A DNA stretch of 64,000 nt from Terriglobia bacterium (GTDB taxonomy: Bacteria > Acidobacteriota > Terriglobia > Acidiferrales > UBA7541), in the NCBI GenBank assembly GCA_963695545.1, contig OY968796.1:2720001-2784000 (forward strand), read 5' to 3'. A program made the position numbers and the translations under genes. Shown in pieces: positions 9,497-19,560 of this stretch; position 1 is the stretch's first letter; the number at the start of each line of letters is the position of its first letter. The notes beneath the pieces were generated by a model that worked only from the letters and a program-made list of their open reading frames with translations, was not told where the DNA came from and made no database searches.

Positions 9497-10870
9497 ATGG
9501 CGCGACCCCGCGGCACGTCTCCGACCTTCGGCCTTTTTCTCGGATTGATCATCACCCTCGCCGCTGTGGTGGCCTATTCGCGCTATATCACCGTGCAAAT
9601 CTCTGGCCTGAAGAAACTGCAAACCGATTTGACCGAGCGCGATCGCAAGGACTCTCTTCAATTGCTTCGCGCTCAGAACGATCTGAATTCTCTCGCGCTC
9701 GCCATGCGCGACATGCTGGATAACGATGAACCCTATCCCATCACCGCTTGGTCCGCGCAGTTCGAGCGCATTCACGCCGATCTCGCTGACGCGCTCCAGC
9801 GCGAGCAGAGTCTTGCCGTCGCCACCCGCACCCCCGATCAGCGCGAATATCTGGCCACATCGCTCGCGCAATTTTGGGATGCGGTCGATCGCACGTTTTC
9901 GCTTGCGCAGCAAGGCAAGGATCGCGACGCGCGCGATCAGATTCGCATCACGCTGCAAGCGCGCCAGGCCGCTCTCAGCACCGCCGTCGCTCGCTTGCTC
10001 GTTGAAAACAATGAGAGCGAAGAACAAGCCGCTGTCCAGATCACGCAAATTTATGACAAGGTGCAGCGGCAGGTTTACTGGTTTCTTACCGCAACTCTCG
10101 GTGCAATTCTTCTTACCAGTCTCTATTTGATTTATTCAAACCGCCGCTTGTTCGCGCAGCTCGCCGCACTTTCCGAGCAGCGCAGTGAGCTCGCGCAGAA
10201 ATTGATCGCCACGCAGGAATCGACTCTGCGCCACATTTCGCGCGAGCTGCACGACGAGTTCGGCCAGATTCTCACCGCGGTCGGTTTGATGCTCGGCCGC
10301 GCCGAGCGCCACGCGCCGGAAGGTTCCCCCATTCGCGCCGAGTTGCGCGAGGTCAGCGAGATCGCGCAGTCCACGCTCGATCGCGTTCGCAGTCTCTCGC
10401 AAGCGCTGCATCCGGTGATGCTCGATCAATCCGGATTCGAGAACACCATCGATTGGTACATCGCCACCGTCGAGAAACAAGCCGGAATTTCCATCGCCTA
10501 CGAAAAATCCGGCGCTCCGTTTCCCGTGCCCGCTAGCGCGGGAATTCACATCTATCGCATACTGCAGGAGGCATTGAATAACGTCGTGCGTCATTCAGGC
10601 GCGCGCGAGGTCTCGGTGCGGCTGCGCTTTCGCCCGGCCGATTTGGAGCTAGAAGTGGAAGATCACGGCAAAGGATTCGTCGCGCACGCCGCCGGGCACG
10701 CAGCGCAGGCTGCGCACGGAATCGGATTGGTCGCGATGCGCGAGCGCGCCGAGCTGCTTCGCGGCGCAATTAGATTTTCTCATCCAGCGCAAGGCGGGAC
10801 GCTGGTGCGCCTCACGGTGCCGAGAGCTGGCGCCAGCGGCGACGAAAGGCCGGATGCGCATGGCGAATAA
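9497..10870 (+). CDS. Membrane sensor histidine kinase (HisKA_3, NarX/UhpB-like)
   Basis: Two TM helices flanking a helical periplasmic domain; ISRELHDEFGQ H-box; QEALNNVVRHS, DHGKGF and GIGL ATPase motifs. Confidence 0.92.
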   Translation: MARPRGTSPTFGLFLGLIITLAAVVAYSRYITVQISGLKKLQTDLTERDRKDSLQLLRAQNDLNSLALAMRDMLDNDEPYPITAWSAQFERIHADLADALQREQSLAVATRTPDQREYLATSLAQFWDAVDRTFSLAQQGKDRDARDQIRITLQARQAALSTAVARLLVENNESEEQAAVQITQIYDKVQRQVYWFLTATLGAILLTSLYLIYSNRRLFAQLAALSEQRSELAQKLIATQESTLRHISRELHDEFGQILTAVGLMLGRAERHAPEGSPIRAELREVSEIAQSTLDRVRSLSQALHPVMLDQSGFENTIDWYIATVEKQAGISIAYEKSGAPFPVPASAGIHIYRILQEALNNVVRHSGAREVSVRLRFRPADLELEVEDHGKGFVAHAAGHAAQAAHGIGLVAMRERAELLRGAIRFSHPAQGGTLVRLTVPRAGASGDERPDAHGE

Positions 10871-11489
10871 AATTTCAGTATTGCTGGTCGACGACCACAA
10901 TCTCGTTCGCCGCGGTTTCCGGCGAATGCTTGAGGATGAGCCGGACATCGACGTCGTGGGCGAAGCGTCTGACGGCAAGGAAGCGATTCGCCTGGCAAAG
11001 CGGTTGCGGCCGCAAGTGATCGTGATGGATTGCGCGATGCCGGAAATGAACGGTCTCGTAGCGACGCGGCGCATCCTCGCGGATTCGCCGTCGTGCGCAA
11101 TTCTGATGTTGAGCATGCACTCAGAGGACACGCTGGTGCGCCAGGCGCTCGACGCCGGCGCGCGGGGATATGTGCTGAAAAACGCGATCGATCTTGAATT
11201 AGCGACTGCAATCCGAAAGGTGGCCGAGGGCGAAACCGTTCTCGAACCGAAGCTTGCGCGCGCCGCCACACTCAAAGGTGAAAAGCCCGCCGGGCTTACC
11301 GCGCGGGAACTTGAAATTTTGCAATTCATCGTCGACGGCAAATCGAACAAGGAAATCGCGGAGGATCTCTCATTGAGCGCCAACACCGTCGCCGTCCACC
11401 GCGCGAACATCATGAGCGCGCTGGGAATTCACAAGACCGCGGAACTTGTGGCCTATGCGATCCGCAATGGTTTGGTGAGCATTCCTTGA
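10860..11489 (+). CDS. NarL/FixJ-family response regulator (REC + LuxR HTH)
   Basis: LLVDDH, VMD, LSMH and GYVLK receiver motifs; LTARELEIL...GKSNKEIA...TVAVHRANIM HTH; overlaps the kinase stop. Confidence 0.95.
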   Translation: MANKISVLLVDDHNLVRRGFRRMLEDEPDIDVVGEASDGKEAIRLAKRLRPQVIVMDCAMPEMNGLVATRRILADSPSCAILMLSMHSEDTLVRQALDAGARGYVLKNAIDLELATAIRKVAEGETVLEPKLARAATLKGEKPAGLTARELEILQFIVDGKSNKEIAEDLSLSANTVAVHRANIMSALGIHKTAELVAYAIRNGLVSIP

Positions 11490-13207
11490 ATCGCAGATCG
11501 TTCCTCATGGGGATTGCTGGCCTGGCCTCCGCATCGAGCCTGCGACTGCCCGTCGTCGGATTCGACGATGTGCGCGCGGCATCCCCGCCGCAAAATCCCG
11601 GCCCCGGATTTCGGTTGACGGACATCACAGCGGCAGCCGGCATCGATTTCAACCACTACACCGGGGCGTTTGGCGGAAAGCTGCTCCCGGAAACGCTGGG
11701 CTCGGGCTGCGCTTTCCTCGATTACGATGGCGACGGCTGGCAAGATATTTTGCTGATCAACAGCATGGATTGGCCGGGCCACCAGCAGAAGCGCGCGACG
11801 CCCCGACTGTATCGCAACAATCGCAACGGCAGTTTCACGGACGTCACGCGGCAAGCGGGCCTCGATCTCGAAATGTACGGCATGGGCGCGGCGGTCGGCG
11901 ACTACAACAACGACGGATATCCGGACATTCTGATCACCTGCGTCGGACAGAATCGTCTGTTCAAAAACACGGGCAAGGGGACGTTTATCGACGTGACGCG
12001 AGCGAGCGGGCTTGCGGGCAAACAGAGTTTCAGCACTTCGGCGCTGTGGTTTGATTACGACCGCGACGGTTTGCTGGATCTTTTCGTTTGCAATTATGTG
12101 AGATGGTCGCCGGCTACGGACGTTTTTTGCAGCCTGGACGGAAAGCACAAATCCTATTGCACACCGGAAGCGTATCGCGGCGAGACCTGCTGGCTCTACC
12201 GCAATCGCGGCAATGGGACGTTTGAAGACGTCACGGCGACCAGCGGAATTTTCGACAGCAGCTCAAAATCGTTCGGCGTAGCGATGTTCGATTACGACAA
12301 CGATGGCTGGCCCGATCTGATCGTGGCCAACGACACGCAGCCCAACAAACTTTATCGCAACCGGCGCGACGGCACATTTGAGGACGTCGCCGTGCAGGCC
12401 GGAATCGCTTTCAGCACCGAGGGAAAAGCGCGGGCTGGAATGGGCGTGGACACCGCGGATTTCGATGGATCGGGGCGGCCGGGCGTCGCGATCACGAATT
12501 TCGACAACGAGATGATCGGGCTCTATCGCTCGATCGGCGGCGGAGTTTACCAGGACGTTGCGCAAACGGCGGGGGTCGGACTCGCTTCGATGAACACGCT
12601 GGGATTCGGCTGCGCGTTTCTCGATGTGGATTTGGATGGAGCGGTGGATTTGGCCGTGGCCAACGGGCACATTGATGAAACGGTGCGGAACATTCGCGGC
12701 AACGTGGGCTACGCGCAGTCGCCGCAACTTTTCCTGAACGATGGCCGCGGGGATTTTCACGATGTGGCCGCGGCGTTGGGCGCCGATTTCGCAAAACCAC
12801 GCGTGGGCCGTGGTTTGTGCTACGGCGATTTCGATCGCGACGGCGATCTGGATATTTTGCTGACTACGAATAATGGCCCCGCGGTTCTGTTGAGGAACGA
12901 CAATCTTTCGGGAAACAAGAGCATTCGGTTTCATCTGGTGGGCACGAAATCGAATCGCGACGCGATTGGCGCGGTGGTTCAAATCTTTCACGAAGGATCG
13001 ATGCAATCGCGCATAGTCAAAACCGGATCGAGCTATTTATCGCAATCCGAATTGCCGGTGACATTCGGCGTGGGACCGCGTGACGCGATCGATCGAATGG
13101 TGATCGATTGGCCGAGCGGCAGAACCGAAGAGTACAAGAATCTCGCGGCCGGCCGCGCATACGAATGTGTTGAATCGAAAGGCATCGCGCCCCGATCAGG
13201 CACCTAA
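11486..13207 (+). CDS. CRTAC1-like FG-GAP repeat / ASPIC-UnbV protein with Tat signal
   Basis: MNRRSFL Tat motif (TTG start overlapping the upstream TGA); repeated DYDxDGxxD and NxGNGTFxDVT; C-terminal SNRDAIGA...SSYLSQSE...FG...WPSG (ASPIC/UnbV). Confidence 0.9.
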   Translation: MNRRSFLMGIAGLASASSLRLPVVGFDDVRAASPPQNPGPGFRLTDITAAAGIDFNHYTGAFGGKLLPETLGSGCAFLDYDGDGWQDILLINSMDWPGHQQKRATPRLYRNNRNGSFTDVTRQAGLDLEMYGMGAAVGDYNNDGYPDILITCVGQNRLFKNTGKGTFIDVTRASGLAGKQSFSTSALWFDYDRDGLLDLFVCNYVRWSPATDVFCSLDGKHKSYCTPEAYRGETCWLYRNRGNGTFEDVTATSGIFDSSSKSFGVAMFDYDNDGWPDLIVANDTQPNKLYRNRRDGTFEDVAVQAGIAFSTEGKARAGMGVDTADFDGSGRPGVAITNFDNEMIGLYRSIGGGVYQDVAQTAGVGLASMNTLGFGCAFLDVDLDGAVDLAVANGHIDETVRNIRGNVGYAQSPQLFLNDGRGDFHDVAAALGADFAKPRVGRGLCYGDFDRDGDLDILLTTNNGPAVLLRNDNLSGNKSIRFHLVGTKSNRDAIGAVVQIFHEGSMQSRIVKTGSSYLSQSELPVTFGVGPRDAIDRMVIDWPSGRTEEYKNLAAGRAYECVESKGIAPRSGT

Positions 13208-13328
13208 TGTTTTTGCACTATTGTGCCGGTCTGCAATCAGTGGCTTAATCCCGCCCGCTTGTAGTTCAAGTCCCGATTTCGGGGAAACCAAAAATCTATT
13301 TTGCGCTTGCGTCGTCGGAGGTGCACCG

Positions 13329-14399
13329 ATGTCCCGCGAAATGTCACGGCCCCTCAGTGCAATCGTTCCAGTGATTTGTGTTTTGGCGCTCTGCTGCAGC
13401 GGAACGCTCGCGCGCGCGCAAGGATGCGTGGCCGCGCACTCGAATCAGGGTCCCATGGACGAACTGTGCGATTCGGATACCACGCGTGGAGTGGATGGCG
13501 GAGCCTGGATTCACAGACTCACCGTGAATATTGGTTATCGCGTTTTCAGTTCTGAATATTATTTCGTCGGGACGCAGGAACTTCCGAAATCGCCCGCAAC
13601 CGAGAATCATCAGAATATTTGGGACGTGGGGATCGATTTTCGTCTGTCGCACAGGTGGAGTCTGATTGCCGACGTGCCGGTGTATGAAGGAGATCGCAAT
13701 CAGATCTATCCGCCCTCAGGGATTTTTCGAGTGGCCGGCATTGGCGACATGACGGTGGGCGCGCAAACCTGGATCTTTCGCCCGCCGACGGAGAGCAACG
13801 GAAATATTGCATTCAGCGTCTCGCTTAAAATTCCCACGGGCGTCGACAATGCCACCGGGGCAGCGCTGCTGCATGGGCAAACGGTTATCGCCACAGCCGA
13901 TCAATCGCTTCAGCCGGGCGATGGTGGCTGGGGATTCGTGCTCGCGTCGCAGGCCTACAGACAAATCTGGCTCCAGACTATGCTGTACTTCCAAGGGCAA
14001 TACTTGTTCAACCCGGAGGACACCAACGGCGTGGCTACTTTCCGCACCCAGCCGGGACAGAGCGTGATGTCTATAACCGATCAATATTTGTTTCGGGGTG
14101 GCTTTTCACACGGCATACCACATTTTCGGCGCCTGGAGTTGAGTCTGGGTGGCCGCGTGGAAGGTATACCCGTGCGCGACGCGTTCGGCGCGAGCGACGG
14201 TTTCCGACGCCCGGGCTACATCGTTTCGATCGATCCCGGGTTGATGTTCAGCTTCTATCACGAAACGATTTCGGTGAATGGTCCCTGGGCGTTGCTGCGC
14301 GATCGGGAAAACAGCGTTCCCGAAATGGCAGCGGGCGAGAATGGCGATGCGTTCTTCGCGAACTACACCGTTATCGCAACAATGTCTCACTACTTCTAG
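13329..14399 (+). CDS. Secreted protein, probable outer-membrane beta-barrel (MetA-pathway/transporter-like)
   Basis: GGAGG RBS; signal peptide ending ARA-QGCVAAH; GIGDMTVG, LKIPTG and LQPGDGGWG motifs; amphipathic beta strands; terminal Phe (SHYF). Confidence 0.55.
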   Translation: MSREMSRPLSAIVPVICVLALCCSGTLARAQGCVAAHSNQGPMDELCDSDTTRGVDGGAWIHRLTVNIGYRVFSSEYYFVGTQELPKSPATENHQNIWDVGIDFRLSHRWSLIADVPVYEGDRNQIYPPSGIFRVAGIGDMTVGAQTWIFRPPTESNGNIAFSVSLKIPTGVDNATGAALLHGQTVIATADQSLQPGDGGWGFVLASQAYRQIWLQTMLYFQGQYLFNPEDTNGVATFRTQPGQSVMSITDQYLFRGGFSHGIPHFRRLELSLGGRVEGIPVRDAFGASDGFRRPGYIVSIDPGLMFSFYHETISVNGPWALLRDRENSVPEMAAGENGDAFFANYTVIATMSHYF

Positions 14400-14409
14400 A
14401 CGCGCGTAG

Positions 14410-14958
14410 ATGACGCACCTTTGCCATCGGCGACGGATTGCGCGGGCATGCGCTCAGCTTCTCTGCGGAATCGTTGTAGTGGCGCTCACGGCGAGATCGG
14501 AAACTTATCCCGAGCTGCCCGTGAAGGATTTGGCAGGCCGAGCGCAATCGCTTTCCGAGCATAAGGGCAAGATCGTGGTAGTCAATTTCTGGGCCACGTG
14601 GTGCGGGCCGTGCAGGGAAGAATTGCCCATGCTCAATCAGCTCGCCGGCCAATATCCCGCGGCGGACGTTTTCTTCGTGGCGATCTCGTTGGATGATGAG
14701 ACGACGCAAAACAAGATTCCCGGCTTCCTCGAAAAGAAAAAAATCACGCTTGCGGTATGGACGGGAGCAACTACCGATACACTCAAGCAGCTCGAGCTCG
14801 GCAAATTCGTTCCCGACACGATCATTGTGGATCGAGACGGCACGATTGTCGGCAGAATTTTGGGAGAGGCGCAACGCAAGGATATTACGACTCGAGTGGA
14901 TTGGCTTCTGAATGGGAGGATGGGTGCAGCGCCAAATCCGGTGGTGAAGCACCTCTGA
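14410..14958 (+). CDS. TlpA/ResA-family thiol-disulfide oxidoreductase
   Basis: VVVNFWATWCGPCREELP; N-terminal signal or anchor. Confidence 0.9.
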   Translation: MTHLCHRRRIARACAQLLCGIVVVALTARSETYPELPVKDLAGRAQSLSEHKGKIVVVNFWATWCGPCREELPMLNQLAGQYPAADVFFVAISLDDETTQNKIPGFLEKKKITLAVWTGATTDTLKQLELGKFVPDTIIVDRDGTIVGRILGEAQRKDITTRVDWLLNGRMGAAPNPVVKHL

Positions 14959-14964
14959 AATCAA

Positions 14965-16029
14965 ATGACGCTACTGACTGAACCAATTGGAAGTATCCCT
15001 CGACCGCCGCAGTTGCTGGCGGCGATGGCGGACTTGGGCGCATCGCGCATTTCGAGCGCGCAGTTTCGAGTTACAGAAGACGCGGCGCTGCGCGATACCA
15101 TCGTGCGCTTTGAAGAAACGGGATCGCCGGTGATCACCGATGGCGAGCAGACGAAGTCGAGTTTCGCTACTTATCCGCTGGCGGGAATCTCGAATCTTGC
15201 GCCCAATGGAGTGGTGATTCCGTTTGCGGACGGCCATACGCGGCAACTTCCCAAGCTGACGGCGGGCCCATTTCGATATGGGGTTCACGCGGCGACTTTC
15301 CTGGAAGCCGCGCGGCGATACGCCCACCGTCCGTTGAAGCAGGCGGTGATCTCGGCATCGGCGTTGAGTTTGCTTTATCCGCAGGAAGGGCTGGCGGATT
15401 ACTCGCGCGAAACGTTTATCGACGATCTTACCGACGAGGCGGAGCGCGACATTCGCGAGTGCATCGATGAAGGCGCCTTCTGCGTGCAAATCGATTTCAC
15501 GGAGGGCCGCCTCGCTCTGAAACTGGATCCTTCGGGCAACCTGCTGAATTCATTTATCAATTTGAACAATCGTGTGCTCGATCGGTTCACCGCCGCAGAG
15601 CAGAAGAAAATTGGCGTGCACACGTGCCCGGGCGGCGACCACGACTCCACGCATAGCGCCGACGTGGATTACCTCGAATTGCTGCCACTTCTGTTTCGCT
15701 TGAAAGTCGGAAGGTTCTACATTCAGTTGGCGAGCGAAAGCGATCGCGGCCAAGTGCTGAAGGCCGCGCGGGACCTTCTGAAACATGGGCAGACGCTTTT
15801 CGTGGGGGTCACGGACCCCATCAATCCGAAGGTGGAGACAGCGGAGCAAGTCCGGGATCGCGTGCTTGAAGCTGCCAAATTTATTCCCGTGGAATCGCTT
15901 GGGACCACTGACGACTGCGGTTTTTCTCCGTTTGCCGACGATACATCCACTTCGCGCGACACTGCGTTCGCAAAAATTCGTAATCGCGTGGAAGGCACGC
16001 GGCTGGCGTCGGCTATCCTGGGAGTTTAG
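14965..16029 (+). CDS. Cobalamin-independent methionine synthase II family protein (single MetE catalytic domain)
   Basis: PIGSIPRP, ITDGEQ, HTCPG and DDCGFSP zinc-ligand motifs; 354 aa core-type length. Confidence 0.85.
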   Translation: MTLLTEPIGSIPRPPQLLAAMADLGASRISSAQFRVTEDAALRDTIVRFEETGSPVITDGEQTKSSFATYPLAGISNLAPNGVVIPFADGHTRQLPKLTAGPFRYGVHAATFLEAARRYAHRPLKQAVISASALSLLYPQEGLADYSRETFIDDLTDEAERDIRECIDEGAFCVQIDFTEGRLALKLDPSGNLLNSFINLNNRVLDRFTAAEQKKIGVHTCPGGDHDSTHSADVDYLELLPLLFRLKVGRFYIQLASESDRGQVLKAARDLLKHGQTLFVGVTDPINPKVETAEQVRDRVLEAAKFIPVESLGTTDDCGFSPFADDTSTSRDTAFAKIRNRVEGTRLASAILGV

Positions 16030-16104
16030 GTTCGCTGGGCGAACACTCTGGTTTCGGCGCAGCGCTAGAGAAAACACACGTCGGGAAAAAGCGAGGCGAG
16101 GGAG

Positions 16105-18039
16105 TTGACGCGTCGTGCGAACGCCCGCATGATTTGGGCCCGGATGCGATTTCATTTCCAGGTTTGTCTGCTAGTCCGAACCGAGCCCCGAGAATCTCTG
16201 TCTTTGTTTCGTGCGGATGACCGCGTTTTTCGACAGAGCGACGCGGAGCCCCCTCACGCCATCGACGCCCTGCCACTTATTTCTAGCGCTCGCCATTTCT
16301 GCACGGCCTGCCTGTTGATTGCGCTGTTTGCTCAGGCGCTTTGCGTTTTCGGGCAGGCGCCGGCGGCGAAACCCGATGCTGTCTACTTCGAGGATATCGC
16401 CGCGCGAGCGGGAATCACGGCGCTCGATGTCTATGGCGGGGACAAGCACAAGGAATTCATTATCGAGACCACGGGCAACGGCGCGGTGATCTTCGATTTC
16501 GACAACGACGGCTGGCCCGACATTTTTTTGCCAAACGGATCGACCGTCGAAGGTTTCCCGCCAGGCGAAGCGCCGACCAGTCATCTCTATCACAACAATC
16601 ATGACGGGACTTTCACGGACGTCACCGTGAAGGCTGGCTTGGCGCACGCGGGTTGGGGACAGGGCGCGTGCGTGGGCGACTATGACAACGACGGCTATCT
16701 CGATCTGGCCGTGACTTATTGGGGACAGACGATTCTGTATCACAACAACGGCGATGGGACTTTCACCGACGTGACGGAAAGAGCCGGGTTGAAAACGGCG
16801 CGCGCGGAATGGAGCACGGGATGCAGCTTTGTCGATTACGACCGCGACGGAAAAGTGGATCTTTTTCTTTCGCGTTATGTGGATTTCGACTACGACACGG
16901 TGCCGCGCCCGGGCCAGGCCGAATCGTGCAATTGGAAAGGAATCGCGGTGATGTGCGGTCCGCGAGGGCTGAAGACCAGCGTAAATGCGCTGTACCACAA
17001 CAACGGCGACGGCACGTTCACCGATGTTTCGGTGCAATCGCACATCACGCAGGCTTCGCCGTGTTTCGGTTTTACGGCGCTCACGGCGGACTTCGATATG
17101 GACGGGTGGCCGGATATCTATGTGGCGTGCGATACCACGGCCAATTTGCTTTATCACAACAATCATGACGGAACGTTTACGGAAGTGGCCAAGCAGGCGG
17201 GCGTGGCTTACAACGAAGACGGGCTGCTGCAGGCGGGGATGGGATTGTCGGCAGCGGATTACACGCACGACGGGCTTCAATCCGTGGTGCAAACGAATTT
17301 CAGCGACGATTCGCCGACGCTGTACTTGAACCGCGGCGGGATGAATTTCGACGATGTGACGTACACCGCGGGCCTGGGAAAAATTCGGAATTGGCTCGGG
17401 TGGGGAGTGCAGTTCTACGATTTCGACAACAGCGGCTGGCCGGGAATCCTGATTATCAACGGTCACGTGTATCCGGAGGTCGACAGCAAGAGTTTGGGGA
17501 CGAGCTACCGGGAGCCGCGCGTGCTTTATCGCAATTTGCGCGACGGCACGTTTGCCAACGTCACGGCCGACGCCGGCCCAGCGCTGAGCGAAATGCACTC
17601 CGGGCGCGGGATTGCGCTCGGCGATCTTTTTAACGACGGTCATCTCGAGGCGCTGGTGAACAACATGAACGAGAAGCCTTCGCTCTATTACAACACTCAG
17701 GCCGTCGGGAATTTCATCAGTTTGCAGCTCGTAGGCGTGCAGTCGAATCGCGCGGCGATTGGGGCGGTGGTCACGCTGGAAACTGGCAGCGACCGGTACG
17801 CGCAGGAAGTTCGCAGCGGCGGCGGATACATTTCGCAGAGTGACCTGCGATTGCATTTTGGTTTGGGCAAGGCGACACACGCTGAGAAAATTATGATTCG
17901 TTGGCCGAGCGGATCGGTTGAGACGCTGCAGAATCTTCCGGCAAATCAATACTACGTGGTGCGAGAGGGAAGCGGGGTCGATGCCAGTAGGACGCACGGC
18001 GTGAGCCCGACGCCGGCGCTTGTTGGCGCACAGAAATAA
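16105..18039 (+). CDS. CRTAC1-like FG-GAP / ASPIC-UnbV protein (start uncertain, probably downstream of 16105)
   Basis: DFDNDGWPD, DYDNDGYLD and DYDRDGKVD repeats; MCGPRGL; C-terminal SNRAAIGA...GGYISQSDLRLHFGLG...WPSG. Confidence 0.88.
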   Translation: MTRRANARMIWARMRFHFQVCLLVRTEPRESLSLFRADDRVFRQSDAEPPHAIDALPLISSARHFCTACLLIALFAQALCVFGQAPAAKPDAVYFEDIAARAGITALDVYGGDKHKEFIIETTGNGAVIFDFDNDGWPDIFLPNGSTVEGFPPGEAPTSHLYHNNHDGTFTDVTVKAGLAHAGWGQGACVGDYDNDGYLDLAVTYWGQTILYHNNGDGTFTDVTERAGLKTARAEWSTGCSFVDYDRDGKVDLFLSRYVDFDYDTVPRPGQAESCNWKGIAVMCGPRGLKTSVNALYHNNGDGTFTDVSVQSHITQASPCFGFTALTADFDMDGWPDIYVACDTTANLLYHNNHDGTFTEVAKQAGVAYNEDGLLQAGMGLSAADYTHDGLQSVVQTNFSDDSPTLYLNRGGMNFDDVTYTAGLGKIRNWLGWGVQFYDFDNSGWPGILIINGHVYPEVDSKSLGTSYREPRVLYRNLRDGTFANVTADAGPALSEMHSGRGIALGDLFNDGHLEALVNNMNEKPSLYYNTQAVGNFISLQLVGVQSNRAAIGAVVTLETGSDRYAQEVRSGGGYISQSDLRLHFGLGKATHAEKIMIRWPSGSVETLQNLPANQYYVVREGSGVDASRTHGVSPTPALVGAQK

Positions 18040-18048
18040 GTTTATCGC

Positions 18049-19494
18049 CTAGGTCAATGATGAGCGATCGGGCGGACGGCGGAAGGCGCCGCACGCTTCT
18101 TCAATCTTTGCCGCGACGGCGAGAATCGCTTCTTCCTGCCATGGACGCCCCACGATTTGTACTCCGATCGGCAGACCTTCCGGCGATTGACCGACGGGCA
18201 CGACCACGGCGGGATTGCCAAGCAAGTTGAACCACTGTGAATATGCCATAGCCTTGAGATATTCGATTTTGCGTCCCGCGACAGTCCACTCTCGTTCGCC
18301 GTGGCGAAATGCCGGAATCGCGCAAACGGGACAGATGAGGATGGGGGAGTGCTCCATCTTTGCGAGGAATTTTCTGCGCAGATCATCGCGCTGGAGAAGC
18401 GTATCGAGGAGTTCGTCGGCGCTAAGCGGCGGCTGGGATGCGACGTAACCGCGAAACTGCGTGAGAAGCGGGCTCAGGTCGGCATCGTGGCCGGCGAGCA
18501 GAGGAGCGAAGGCCATTTGTCCGGCGCGGCCGAAAAGATTCCACCACAACTTCCAAACTTGATCGAGATTTTCGGGACGCCATTCTTGAACGTGAAATCG
18601 CTGTTGCTCGAGTGCCCCAGCGGCTCGGCGAACGGCGGCAGCGGTTTCGGGAGTTGCCGGCGCAAAATCGTGTGAATCAAAAAATCCGACGCGAAGTTTT
18701 CGGAGTTCGCGATCGCCCCATTTTCGCAATGCGACTGGCGCGGCACACGGATCGCCGGGGTCGGGGCCGGCCATCACCTCAAAGAGCTTTTTCACATCGC
18801 CCACGGTGCGAGCCATCGGGCCTACGACTCCAAGCTGCGCGAAAGGGCCGGCCGATTCTGGAAAATGGCCGGTGGAAGGAATTCGGCCGGGCGTCGGCTT
18901 GAGGCCGCAAATGCCGCTGAAATGTGCGGGAATGCGAATCGAGCCGCCGCCGTCGCTCCCGACGCCCCCGGCGGAACAGCCTGCGGCGATGGCGGCGGCT
19001 TCTCCACCGCTGGAGCCGCCGGGCGTGCGGCCGAGATCCCAGGGGCTATTCGTGCGGCCGTAGAGAAGGTTGTCCGTTTCATACGCCATCAGAAATTCGG
19101 GAACGTTGGTGTTTCCGAGAATGATCGCGCCGGCGGCGCGCAATCGCGCGACGAGGGGAGCGTCGCTGACGAAGCGATTGCCCGCGCGTATCCGGCTACC
19201 GCATTCGCACGGGAATCCGGCGACGTCAATCGAGCTTTTGATCGTGATGGGAACGCCGCGGAGAGCGCGCGCCGCGCCATTCTTGTAATGACGCGACCGC
19301 GCCTGGTCCGCGTCGCGCGCCTCGGCTCTGGATTGGTCGAAGCAGAAGTGCACGAATGAGTTGAGTTTGGGATTCACACGTTCGATTTGAGCGATGTGCG
19401 CTTCGACTAATTCCGAAGCGGAAACTTTGCTCGCGCGAACGAGATTTGCCATCTCAACCAAAGAGCTGTAGACGATCTCGCTCAAATTCGTCAC
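18049..19494 (-). CDS. Amidase signature family protein
   Basis: GVPITIKS (Lys), TPGGSSGGEAAA and GSDGGGSIRIPA (Ser-cisSer-Lys triad), GLPIGVQIVG; GTG start at 19494 after AAGGA. Confidence 0.92.
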   Translation of the reverse strand: MTNLSEIVYSSLVEMANLVRASKVSASELVEAHIAQIERVNPKLNSFVHFCFDQSRAEARDADQARSRHYKNGAARALRGVPITIKSSIDVAGFPCECGSRIRAGNRFVSDAPLVARLRAAGAIILGNTNVPEFLMAYETDNLLYGRTNSPWDLGRTPGGSSGGEAAAIAAGCSAGGVGSDGGGSIRIPAHFSGICGLKPTPGRIPSTGHFPESAGPFAQLGVVGPMARTVGDVKKLFEVMAGPDPGDPCAAPVALRKWGDRELRKLRVGFFDSHDFAPATPETAAAVRRAAGALEQQRFHVQEWRPENLDQVWKLWWNLFGRAGQMAFAPLLAGHDADLSPLLTQFRGYVASQPPLSADELLDTLLQRDDLRRKFLAKMEHSPILICPVCAIPAFRHGEREWTVAGRKIEYLKAMAYSQWFNLLGNPAVVVPVGQSPEGLPIGVQIVGRPWQEEAILAVAAKIEEACGAFRRPPDRSSLT

Positions 19495-19560
19495 CGGTTC
19501 CTTCGCGATTTGGGAATCGAATGTTAGCACGTGGCGTCCGCTCAAGCTTTCTCGCCAAGC

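Noticed and set aside
18049..19494. Naming the amidase gatA
   Set aside because: No gatB/gatC neighbours and only generic amidase-signature motifs.
13261..19560. Intervening block as an active mobile element
   Set aside because: No integrase or transposase, no terminal inverted repeats, and the flanking duplication is heavily decayed.
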